Source: Paecilomyces variotii
Taxonomy: Eukaryota
NCBI GenBank assembly: GCA_004022145.1
Contig: RCNU01000008.1
Reading direction: 5' to 3' (one strand)
Length of the DNA: 64,000 nt
The position numbers and the translations under genes are program-made. This document shows, piece after piece, positions 11,731 to 22,090 of this stretch. The notes beneath the pieces are model-generated. The model was given only the letters and a program-made list of their open reading frames with translations. It had not been told where the DNA came from and searched no databases. The first letter of the stretch is position 1. Every line of letters begins with the position of its first letter.

Positions 11731-13998
11731 ATGGCAGCCCTTCACCAAGCGCTCCAAGCCCTGGCACCTACGTCTTGGGAAGATGTCCCACACTCAGAGA
11801 ACTCCCTCCGACAGTATATGCAAGAGCTCTTCAAGAGTTCTCGATTGATTATCGAGTCCGTTCCGGAGCCTCCTCCTGCACCTTCGAATAACAGCAATGC
11901 GAGCTCCAGCTCGTCGCTGGGTTCCTCTTCAGCCAGGATTTCGAACTCTGCGGCCCGCAGCGGGACCAGTGATCCGCAGTTCCTATCGTTGCAGAAAGAG
12001 TGGGGAAAGCCCATCAGAGTGAATAATCCAAAGGATAATCCGTTGGATATTGGGGTATACAAGCTGAATGGCAAAGATGGGAAAGGAGCCTGGTTTGCTC
12101 GGCGCAGTGTCCATGAAGGTCTGCCGTTCTCCAGGTGGGAGGCGAAGATGCAGCACGAGATTGAAGAGACGTTGCGGATACGACAAGAGGAGCGGGAGAA
12201 GGGACAGGCGCCTCATTTCAGTATACGGGGTATCGGTGGGGACAAAAGAATGGAGTATATGGAAGTGAAGGATGCAGACAATGGGACCTTGCTAGGCCGC
12301 CTTCAGGTGTATTGCTTATCTGCCCAGTTTCCCGGTCCAACAACAGCTCGTGACTTTGTTATTTTGATTATTACAACGGAGAATGGGCTAGAGGTAGCCG
12401 GATCTGAGCGTCCACCGCGCAGCTTCATGGTCATATCGAAACCGTGCGATCACCCCGGTTTTCCCCCGCGAGATGGCTACGTCAGAGGTCAATACGAATC
12501 TGTCGAGCTGATCAGAGAGGTTCGTTCGAAAACGAGCTCCCCTCCGTCGAGTCCTTCTGCACATCCGACGCAAAACATACCGCTCCGCTCTAAGAACAAG
12601 AGTGAACTCGATGTCACAAGCCGTGATGTCCCTGACGATCTCACACAAGAAACTGGCAGTAAACGAGGTAAAACGGAGTCCGCTGTGAAAGATGCACGGA
12701 AATCTACCTCTACGGGCTCCAGCACGAAAGGAGGTTCTGATTGGGAAGACGGGGAAGTGTATTCCAACACGGTTGAGTGGATCATGGTTACCAGGAGCGA
12801 TCCTGGCGGGAACGTACCTCGATGGATGGTCGAAAAGAACACCCCAAAGAGTATTGTCGCGGATGCCGCCAAGTTCGTCAACTGGCTCTGCAAGGACGAT
12901 CATATTTCACGGGAACCAGGTCAAGGTTCAGCTCAAGAAGATCGGAGAGGTTTCTCGAGCAATGCCCAGCCGTCATCAGCTACCGGGATTGACGCCGAAG
13001 ACAAGGAGCCGACAAGCACCACCAACGCTCAGTCCTACGGGGGTGCCAATGGAGAAGGGGACTCAGGCAACAATCAGCAAGGCGGCCTCATGGCAAGTGT
13101 TGGCAATATGATCAATTCGGGATTGGAAATGTACGCACCGCGGGCCGTTTTCAACTACATCCCGGGTCACTCCTCTCAACCCTCTCAGAGTACTGCCCGG
13201 GATGACACGACGCCTGAAGAAGGTAGAGAAGAAGGTAGAGAAGAAAATAGAGAAGAAAATAGAGAAGAAAATAGAGACGACTCTTCTATAGCTAGCGACG
13301 ATACCTTCGCTAGCGCTGAATCTCACTGTGCAGACTCTACCGTTGATGAAAGCCCGGCAGCCAAAGCCCCTCCTTCTGAGCAATCATCCGCCAATGCTAT
13401 CCCTGCCACGCCCACCGGCGGGGACAAACTCAGCGATACCCTGTCCATAACCAGCACGAAGAGAAAGCTTACGTCTCGAGAGAAGAAGCTTGCCAAGCTG
13501 GACTCCCGCAAGCAGGAGCTTGAAGGCAGGCTAGCAGAGATACGCTCCGAAATTGCCACCCTTGGTCTACCTTCCAAAGGCAAAGACGACGAGGGCAACA
13601 CAAATGGACAGTCGAACATCAGCAGTCGGGTCCATGCCGACGAGGCCAGCACGGCATCCATTGGAATCAAACCCAGCCCAGAGACGCTAGAGGCTCATAA
13701 GAGAGCTTCTGTGCTAGCCCGTGAAGAAGCGAAAGTCCTCAAACAGCTGCGCAAAATCGAATCGCAGGAAGTCAAAGTCGCAGAGAAAGTCGAGGCCCAC
13801 AAGCGGAAGGCTCAAGGCCACTCGGAGGTCGAAGACCTGCGACACGAAGTACGAAAGCTGAAGAAGGAAGTGGGCGACCTCCGAAGCGAAAGGCAGAAAT
13901 GGATAGAACTTATTGGAAGACTTCAAATGGAGAATTCGAGGCTTGCAGCCGAGCAGGACAAGAGATATTCGCGCAAGACAGGCTACGGAACTGAGTAG
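11731..13998 (+). CDS. DUF3074 (START/SRPBCC-like) domain protein with a C-terminal coiled coil, 755 aa
   Basis: Motifs WFARRSVH, SAQFPGPTTARDFV, GQYESVELIRE, VEWIMVTRSDPGGNVPRWMVE. Charged heptad-like C-terminus. Confidence 0.88.
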   Translation: MAALHQALQALAPTSWEDVPHSENSLRQYMQELFKSSRLIIESVPEPPPAPSNNSNASSSSSLGSSSARISNSAARSGTSDPQFLSLQKEWGKPIRVNNPKDNPLDIGVYKLNGKDGKGAWFARRSVHEGLPFSRWEAKMQHEIEETLRIRQEEREKGQAPHFSIRGIGGDKRMEYMEVKDADNGTLLGRLQVYCLSAQFPGPTTARDFVILIITTENGLEVAGSERPPRSFMVISKPCDHPGFPPRDGYVRGQYESVELIREVRSKTSSPPSSPSAHPTQNIPLRSKNKSELDVTSRDVPDDLTQETGSKRGKTESAVKDARKSTSTGSSTKGGSDWEDGEVYSNTVEWIMVTRSDPGGNVPRWMVEKNTPKSIVADAAKFVNWLCKDDHISREPGQGSAQEDRRGFSSNAQPSSATGIDAEDKEPTSTTNAQSYGGANGEGDSGNNQQGGLMASVGNMINSGLEMYAPRAVFNYIPGHSSQPSQSTARDDTTPEEGREEGREENREENREENRDDSSIASDDTFASAESHCADSTVDESPAAKAPPSEQSSANAIPATPTGGDKLSDTLSITSTKRKLTSREKKLAKLDSRKQELEGRLAEIRSEIATLGLPSKGKDDEGNTNGQSNISSRVHADEASTASIGIKPSPETLEAHKRASVLAREEAKVLKQLRKIESQEVKVAEKVEAHKRKAQGHSEVEDLRHEVRKLKKEVGDLRSERQKWIELIGRLQMENSRLAAEQDKRYSRKTGYGTE
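13216..13275 (+). repeat. In-frame 12-bp tandem repeat x5 (EEGR x2, EENR x3)
   Basis: GAAGAAGGTAGA x2 followed by GAAGAAAATAGA x3. Confidence 0.9.
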
Positions 13999-14941
13999 TA
14001 AACTGTCTACTACCAGAACCTTTCATTGCATTGCATTGATTATTCACGATTTATGATCACTATCTATCGACGGATATTACAGGGCTTTCTTATTTAGTTA
14101 TTTTTTCTTCAGGACTATACTACAGATTCCTCATGTCTTGCATTCAACAGTATTGATATTCGACAGATCATTTTCATTTTCATTATTTAGGATTATGGGT
14201 TCTATCTATTCCGACGCGCAGGATAAACGGGTATGATACATGCACGCATTATTATTCCCCTCTTGTATTATATTCCCTCTGGATATATCAGACAAGATTT
14301 ACATTCCCATGTGCAGGCTATCAGGTATTGAAAAGGGCATGTGTTTGAGCAGGACTTTTATATTTCCGGATTTAAAAAATCGTTTACGGAGTAGGGCTAG
14401 CCATGCAATATTGTTCTTTATCCAGATATAGTTTCTCTTTCGATTCATGGACCATGAGCTATAAATCTGGCTATCACCACGTAAGATAATTCCATCGTCC
14501 CGACATGCACCTCCCCAGGCGTAGTCCCGCAGTGTGCCCCGAACCGTAAGGTATCTTGGGGCGTCTTGATTTGCGAGTAGGAATGGCTGGGAGAGTGTAA
14601 CAACGCTATGAAATCATGAATTTCGCAGTACACGTTCATCCACTCGCGCTTCACTGCCTTCTCGCTGTATTCCTTATAGAACGTAGCTAGACAAGAAGCG
14701 TCTTCCGTCCCCGTCGGATCCTCATCCATCTCCAACGGCGGAGTCTAAGTCGAAGCTCCATTTCCGTTGGTATATTCTCAAGGACTTGGACCTCCATCGG
14801 TCGCTATACAAGCACAGCGACATTCCAAGTTGGGGCCTTCCGATGAACACAACGCTATGTTCGTTCCTAGCAGCGAGACAATTCCCTTTCCCGGTAAAAA
14901 TTCGAGATATACCGATAAAACATGAAATCATCACCGATTCA

Positions 14942-15342
14942 TTATTCCTGTTGCTACAAGGACGAAGAAAACTAGTGTCAGCAAACAAAGTCCCTCATGG
15001 TAGAAAAAAAAAGGCACTTCTCCATAGAGGGAAAGAAAAAAAAAAGACTTTCCCAGAGGAAAAGCGTTTGCAAAAGAAAACACAACAGACTCAACTCACC
15101 TCCGGTGGATTCCCAGCTCCTCGAACCATTTTCTCAATCATCATCGCCCGAACTTTCTCCTTGGGTTCACCCATCCCAATAGCCATATATGACAACAGCG
15201 GCGGGTGACCGACATACGAGGCGTAGCTGTCGCGAAGGATGTTGGATGTCCATTCGTACTTGGTCGTGTCGGCGTGGCCTGTACCGACGTAGCGGGCCTG
15301 AAGCGCCTCGAGGTTCTGGAGGGTACGTAGTTTATCGGCCAT
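14942..15342 (-). CDS. SF3B5: Splicing factor 3B subunit 5 (SF3b10/Ysf3), 84 aa (exons 15342-15100, 14953-14942)
   Basis: MADKLRTLQNLEALQARYVGTGHADTTKYEWTSNILRDSYASYVGH. GTGAGT donor, GCTGAC branch, TAG acceptor, last exon QQE*. Confidence 0.95.
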
Positions 15343-15387
15343 TTTTGCTCCGGTTTGTTTTTTGTCTTTTATCTGCGATGCGAGATT

Positions 15388-15415
15388 GATGGATGGATGG
15401 ATGGATGGATGGATG
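15388..15415. repeat. (GGAT)n microsatellite in the SF3B5/TAD1 divergent promoter region
   Basis: gatggatggatggatggatggatggatg. Confidence 0.9.
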
Positions 15416-15672
15416 TATGGTGGTGTTCTGAAAGAGAGGCGGTTAAACCCGGGGGAGATAGTCTGTATCACGTGAGTGTAAGTCGATGTCTTCTTATGTT
15501 GGTCCGTGCGTGTCTTTGGAAGTATCAGATCGACTCCAACCTATTTGATTTTCTAGTTCTGATCTATATTGACAATTATCCGGGGATCTTGGTCTGTTTG
15601 CTCTTTTTTTGGAAGAATAAATAAATAAATAAAATACCGAAAGGCTCAAGAAACTGCTATTATCGTTATCAC

Positions 15673-17631
15673 ATGGAAACGTCTAGTTCGTCTTTGCCCT
15701 CCCGCATAGCTTCTCTGGTCCATGCACACTTCGATGCCTTGCCCGCGAGGAGCAAGCCCACGATTCACCCGGATGGGTCGAGAGAATGGGTTCCTATGAG
15801 CGCCATTGTTGTCAGTAAAGGTATGTTATGTTATGTCTATGTCGTTGTATGTTTTCTTTCCTAAGTCGGGTTTTTATATTGTTTGGTCTTTTCTACAACG
15901 CCGTGGTAGGTTTTGAGTCTCATAGGAACTCTCGAGACCAAGATAACCCATCTTGGAGTTTTCTAGGAGTGTGATATATGTGTATTATTTTGCATGAACG
16001 CTTCCTGTGCTTTTTTTTTCATGTCTATTTCTATATCTGCTAGGTGCTAACATGCACATTTTGTTACTATGAAAGGGCAAAATACAGCTTCAGAGACACT
16101 AAAATGTGTGAGCCTTGCGTAAGTCCACCGAAGTCATTTCAAGATATGCTGATATATGTGCTAACACTAACATAGAACTGGGGCAAAATGTCTATCGGCT
16201 TCTCAGATCCCTCGATGTCGAGGCCTTGTGCTCCATGACTGCCACGCAGAGATCCTAGCCATTCGAGCGTTCAATCACTGGCTTCTCAGCGAGTGTCAAT
16301 CAGTCCTGAATTCCGAGCGAGAACTTCAAGTATCCTCCGCTGGCAATGATTCCTCTATTGGCTCTCCATACCTTCGAAGAAGGATCGGCCATGATTCCAA
16401 TCATGCGCGAGATTCTCAACTATGGCCACCATTCGAAATACAACCCGACGTCAAGCTGTACGTGTACTGCACCTGCGCTCCCTGCGGTGACGCGAGCATG
16501 GAGCTCTGCATGGCGGCCCAAGACGATCCTACTCCGTGGCAATTGCCGCCCAAGACGGAGCCCAAAGCGGACGAACCGTCGACTACGCCAACCCTACTCG
16601 ATGGGCGTGGTTATTTCTCTAACCTAGGCGTAGTTCGTCGAAAACCTTCTCGCGCCGATGCCGAGTCTACACTGAGCAAATCGTGCTCTGATAAACTTGC
16701 CCTGCGGCAGGTATCATCATTACTATCATACCCCACCAGTCTGTTGGTTGCTCCAACAGAAGCTGCATATATCACTGCCCTAATATTACCCGAAGAGGAA
16801 ATCAGCAATGTCGCATGCGCTCGAGCCTTCGGCGATGGAGAGACCGGGCGGATGCGAATGCTAAAAGGACGACAATGGGGCACGGAGGGAACCGATAACG
16901 GATACAGGTTTCGACCATTCGATATCCTTTCCGTTCCAACGGCTGAAGTTGAAGCCCTCTGGCCTTTTGCTAAGCCCAAAGAAGCCCCAATTCCAGAAGT
17001 AGCTATGGAGAGCACCAAAGTCTCTACTAAGAGCCGCAAGAAAAATAAAATCAGCAATACTTCAGCTATCTGGACGGCTGCTCCGTCCTCTGTGGCGGAG
17101 ATTCGAACAGAGCCTGCTCCTAAGCGCAGTAAGACATCATCATCGTCAACAGCGTCCAATGCCGCCGGTCTACACGAAACGATCATCAATGGGGTGAAGC
17201 AGGGAAACAAGGCGTCGACGCCTACGATGCGTGGAGCTTCTGCCCTTTCACGAGCCAAGATGTGGTTGCTTCTTCGGGATATTGTACGGCCGGCATCATT
17301 GAACGGCGATGCGATGCCTGAGTCGAGTGGCTTGGACAAGGGTACAGGGCAAACCATTGACGCTCTCATCCACGACTCAGCTCAGCAGAGGATCGTGGAA
17401 GCCAGAACTTATGAATGTTTCAAAAGAGATCCTGATATATGTCCGGACTGGATAAAGCTACGGGAAACAGCACTACAGGAGGCGAAGCGTGTGCTGAAAG
17501 ATTGGATTCCCAACAGAGGGGATGAACAATGGTCGTTAGAGAGCTTGGCTGATACGGGAAAACCAAAGCTATCTAAACGCCCTGGTCGGGTGGATACTTC
17601 GGTGGATTCCATTGATAGGCTCAAGGTATGA
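15673..17631 (+). CDS. TAD1: tRNA-specific adenosine-37 deaminase (ADAT1/Tad1), 548 aa (exons 15673-15820, 16076-16118, 16176-17631)
   Basis: ADAR-type deaminase motifs SLATGAKC, LHDCHAEILAIRAF, APCGDAS, RRKPSRAD and SKSCSDKL. No dsRNA-binding domains. Confidence 0.93.
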
Positions 17632-17836
17632 TTTACACTGATTTGAAGTATATATTATTAGCTGTATTTTACATGATATCCGCGATGGGCTACATTACAT
17701 AGTTATACCCCTGACGGCAGGTGCCTAAAACCCGCCAGCAATACCAAGTGTACATCACAAACACGATGACCCCATACTTTTTTGTCCATGTAGAAACCAT
17801 CAAGCGGTGCTCTGAAGGCAGTTGAAATAAGGCATT

Positions 17837-19439
17837 TTAGTAGATCCCGGGGATGATCCGGCTGCGCACCAAGGACGTATATTTGTCCCAGTCGGCGCCG
17901 TACTTCTTCTTGCACTTTTCCTCGTCGCGCCCCTCACGGTGTATGAGGAGGGTGCCAAAGTAAACAAGGTAGAAATAGGTGAAAATCATACCCCAGCCAC
18001 GAACCTCAGGGGTCTGCACCGCCTGCTTCTGTAATTCGCCGGTACTGGGGTCGATCGACTGGATGATGATATAGCCTGCAATTCCCGTGGGGAGGCACTG
18101 ACCCCAAGACATGATCCAGTCTCCGAAGTAGTTGATGTGACGCGCGCAGCCCCACCAACCCGATGTGATCAGCTTAGAACCGGTCGCAGTCTCCATATAT
18201 GTCAGATGCTTGACCCTAGGATCGTCGGGGTTTTGACGGAAGCGGTTCTTCTGGCTGTTGGCTCCGCGGAAAATGAAGTATCCGACACCAGTGCAACCCA
18301 GAACAATTGCGATTCCATAGATACCAAGCTCGTAGGGGAACACAGAAAGATATCTTGTCTGGAAAGAGTAGATGAATGGGACCCAGACAACGTCACCAAA
18401 AGCAAGCATATACCCGAAGCCATCCATAATGACGTCCATGGTGGTCAAAATCGCTGGTTCCATGTAAAGAGCGTCCAGGACGTAGAAACCCTGGAAAATA
18501 GTAACGAGGATGATAGAATCAGAGATATAGCCGTATGTCTTATATTGATGGGCCACGTTAGAGAGGTTGAGTATGAGCCAACCCAACAGGCCCGGCCTCA
18601 TCTCAAAGAAGACGCCCAAATCGATGGTTCGCGAAGTGTCGCTAACGAAAGGAATCGGCAGCTTCACACGAGGATTGAGCTCTCTGCCGATAAAGAAGTC
18701 GTAGAGAACATTGCCTGTATGGCCTCCAGGTGCTAGCTCCCGGAATTCGGGATTTGGCTGACCTGGAGCGGGAACCGAGAAGCTTCTTATGTAGACGTAG
18801 ATTGAGACAACAGTGCTGATAATCAGGTTCGCAGTGATCACTTGGACGTAGTTGTCCCATAAGAAAGTCCAAACAACAAAGTCGGCGCCGTACAGGTAGG
18901 TTCCCGCCGCGCAGCCGGAAAGAATAATGACGGCGGAGGGGAAAGCTGTATATTATTAGCTTTTATGCCCCGCATAGTAACATGAAAAAGAAGAATACCG
19001 TTAAACTTGTATCTATGCTTGCCCCCGCAGGCCAGAACCACGCCCTCGACTTCCTGACCAGGCAGGAAGATCTGCAGAAAGAGACTCAGGCCATAGTACG
19101 CCAGAACCCAAAGTGTGACATTGGTGTCATAGAAAGCTTTGAGTCCCTCATCTGGCCATCCAACCTCGGCTTTCAGCTTCTCGACGGTCAATGTGGAGGG
19201 GTGTAGGAGCGATGGAACTGGACAGCCAGAAACGTCGTTGCAGAGGAAAGTAAAGCCGTATATCAAGACGGGCAGGCCGAAGACAATTCCCGCGGCACCA
19301 AGTCTGCGAATACAATGTCAGCAATCAAGTACCAGGCAACAATGGCTCGCATCACATACGGTCCTCCAAACTCATATCCGCGCTTCTCTGGAACAGGCTG
19401 TATGGGAACTCCCAATTTGGCTTCTTTCTTTGGCGCCAT
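17837..19439 (-). CDS. ERG24: Sterol C-14 reductase, 497 aa (exons 19439-19360, 19303-18999, 18945-17837)
   Basis: YEFGGP, LYDFFIGRELNPR, FEMRPGLLGW, TTMDVIMDGFGYMLAFGD, GWWGCARHINYFGD, RDEEKCKKKYG, IIPGIY. Confidence 0.95.
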
Positions 19440-19979
19440 CTTGCTAATAAGTCTGTCGCAAGATGCCTCCCAGGTCTGTGTTGACTATGTGAGCTTTGCC
19501 CAATGGCAATTGTCTTCCCCTTAAAGCGCAAACGAATAGCGGGAGTTGCAAATCAACCACAATTTATACGTTGTTGCAGTCAACTCCTGGGAAGAAAAGA
19601 ATAAAATGAAGCTAGACAGAAATAAGGTTTCGGACACAGGGCGCCCAGATGGTCTGATTTCTCCCAGCTATCGTGGGACCATCAGCACAGGTCGAGACTG
19701 GTAAAAACAGATCATCGCGGCCGTTCAGACATTATCCGTTTTGGTTCTGGGCTCGGGGGCTGGAGCCTATCTCCGCATTTGCCTGAGGCTGACACGGCGC
19801 CACATTGCGACGACTATCACATCCAGCTTCTTTCTTGTCTTTCGCGCACCCTTGGAGCTCAGAGGTTTGTGCCTGGAATTGTCCTTTCGCTTGCTCAGAT
19901 TTCCTTTCTATTCTGTTACTCACAAGTCGTTCTTTCTGCTATCTACACTACGCTTGTCCCGACGCAATCCGTCGCAGCC

Positions 19980-21746
19980 ATGATGCTGCCATCTAGCTCA
20001 CTCGTTGCGATCTTCCAATTCCTCCTCCTAGCATCCTCTCCTTTAGTCAGAGCTGGCTCTGATACGTCAAAAAACGATAAACTGTCGAAACCATGTACGG
20101 TCCAATCTCCTACCAGTGGGATGTACTTCGATCTGAATGCGATATCCCTTTCCCCGCCCGAGAAGAAGGACGGCCGCAAGCTGCACAAGGACGATCGCGA
20201 TGAAAGCTGGCTCGCTAAAGGTCACGATTATCCCGCGAATTTCACGATCAATATCTGCGCTCCAGTTATCGAGAATATAAGTGATGTTGTTGGCGTCGAC
20301 AAATCGAGATGGCGGAACGTCAGCGCCTATTATGAGCAGAATGGCAAGATATACTCAATAGGGTACGCAAGATAAGGCACTGTGGTGCTTAACATCAGCA
20401 AGACAACTTCTTGCAATTCAACCGACTTGACTATGCTCTGGCTGGCTGCTGGGATGATCTACTGACAAACTATAGACAACAAGCCTCTGAGCCCATATTC
20501 CGAGGAAGAAAGCTCATCTTGAACTATACGGATGGTTCTCCTTGTCCTTCGAGCTCGGAATTCGATTCACGAAATATCCTTGATGGCGATAAGGGACCCG
20601 ACTATAATACCATCCAGAGCTATGATCAAGATGTCCGGAGAAAGTCGACAATTATGTCTTTCCTCTGTGACCGTGAACCTATGGCTCCCCGAGCTGCAGT
20701 ATCATTCGTGGGAACAATGGATCATTGCACATATTTCTTCGAAGTCCGGAGTCCTGCTGCATGCGGCGGTGTAGCCTATGCTCCGAATGGGGGCCTGGGT
20801 CCGGCCGGTGTCTTCGGTGTGATGTGAGTAGATTTCCTGGTCGTTCGGTTATAAAGCTTGTAGGTAGCTAACGACATCATCCAATAGTGTCTTGATTGCG
20901 ATTGCAGCCTACCTGGTTGGCGGTTGCGCCTACCAACGGACAGTGATGCACCAGCGCGGCTGGAGACAGTGTCCTAACTACAGCCTCTGGGCGGGCATGT
21001 TTGGCTTTGTCAGTGTAAGTATCCGATCGTTGATACTGTTTGCGACGTCTCTATTCCGACATAAGCGCAGCAGAAAAGGCCGATTCAAGAACCTTAATAG
21101 CCCTTCCTTGCCTGTCTCTCGTCTTGATTGATTCCAGCATCATTATAAACTCGGCCTTTTTTTTTTACTGCTTCTACAGCCTTGCATAATTTACTTCACA
21201 CTGCATATTGCTAGAATCTTGATTTAGTACCTCTTGCTTTCCATATACCGACAGTCCTTTTTTTTTCTTTTCTTTTTGTGAGGAAGCATCGAACTGGCTT
21301 TAATGTTGGTCTTTTCGAACCACTTTCGCCGCTATTACTAGCAATTGAGATCCTGCAACTTTCTCAATATAGGCATGCTCCCAATTCACTTTTAACGCCG
21401 TGCTTCTTACGCTCTTCCACTGCGTCATGAGACAATCCTCACGCTATGGCTATATCTCCCATACTGTTTTACCGATCGGCTAACCCATGCTCGCCTTCCT
21501 TGCTCCGCTCGGAATAAACAGGATATAATCATTATCGTTTTCTCGTCTATAACTAGGTTCTTCCGTCTCAAGCGCTCTCAGAGCGACAGATACTCTCGCG
21601 TCAATGGAACCGACGCATCGGCCCAGCGCGGAGGGATTATCGGTGCGATCGGCGGACGCGGTGGGGGTGAAGGGCGCGGACACCGAGCGGACGTGGATGC
21701 CGAAAATAGATTGATTGATCAACTAGATGAGGAATGGGAAGATTGA
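19980..21746 (+). CDS. MRL1: Mannose-6-phosphate-receptor-like vacuolar sorting receptor, 360 aa (exons 19980-20362, 20476-20823, 20888-21014, 21522-21746)
   Basis: Signal peptide. MRH-type Cys pattern (NFTINIC, LNYTDGSPC, STIMSFLCD, CTYFFEVRSPAAC). TM helix, YQRTVMHQRGWRQCPNYSLW, acidic end ENRLIDQLDEEWED. Confidence 0.88.
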
Positions 21747-22019
21747 CGGTGATCTAACATGTGCCGGGTATTGTTTTGGATACGCTACTTTCCACTTTGT
21801 TCGTTGAGGAGATTATCTCTTTTCTTGTGACGCTCCACATGAGTTTCAGATCTCAATTGATGCTATATGTATTTGCATGAGGAGAATGATATGCTTTTAC
21901 AGCTTTGTTGTGCTTGGTGTATACTACTACATGGTTACTACGTTGTTTCCATTGATTTCGCATACTAATGTAGCGTTGTTTGCAATATAGAACCCTTCCT
22001 GTAAACGTATAGCAAGCAA

Positions 22020-22090
22020 GCATCATTGGTCTAGTGGTAGAATTCGTCGTTGCCATCGACGAGGCCCGTGTTCGATTCACGGATGATGCA
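22020..22090 (+). tRNA. tRNA-Gly (anticodon GCC), intronless
   Basis: Acceptor stem GCATCAT/ATGATGC, D-loop TAGTGGTA, anticodon stem CGTCG-TTGCCAT-CGACG, T-loop GTTCGATTC. T-run Pol III terminator at about 22104-22114. Confidence 0.97.

Noticed and set aside
14445-14735. 96-aa ORF downstream of SF3B5
   Set aside because: No recognisable homology. It lies in the convergent 3' region of two genes.
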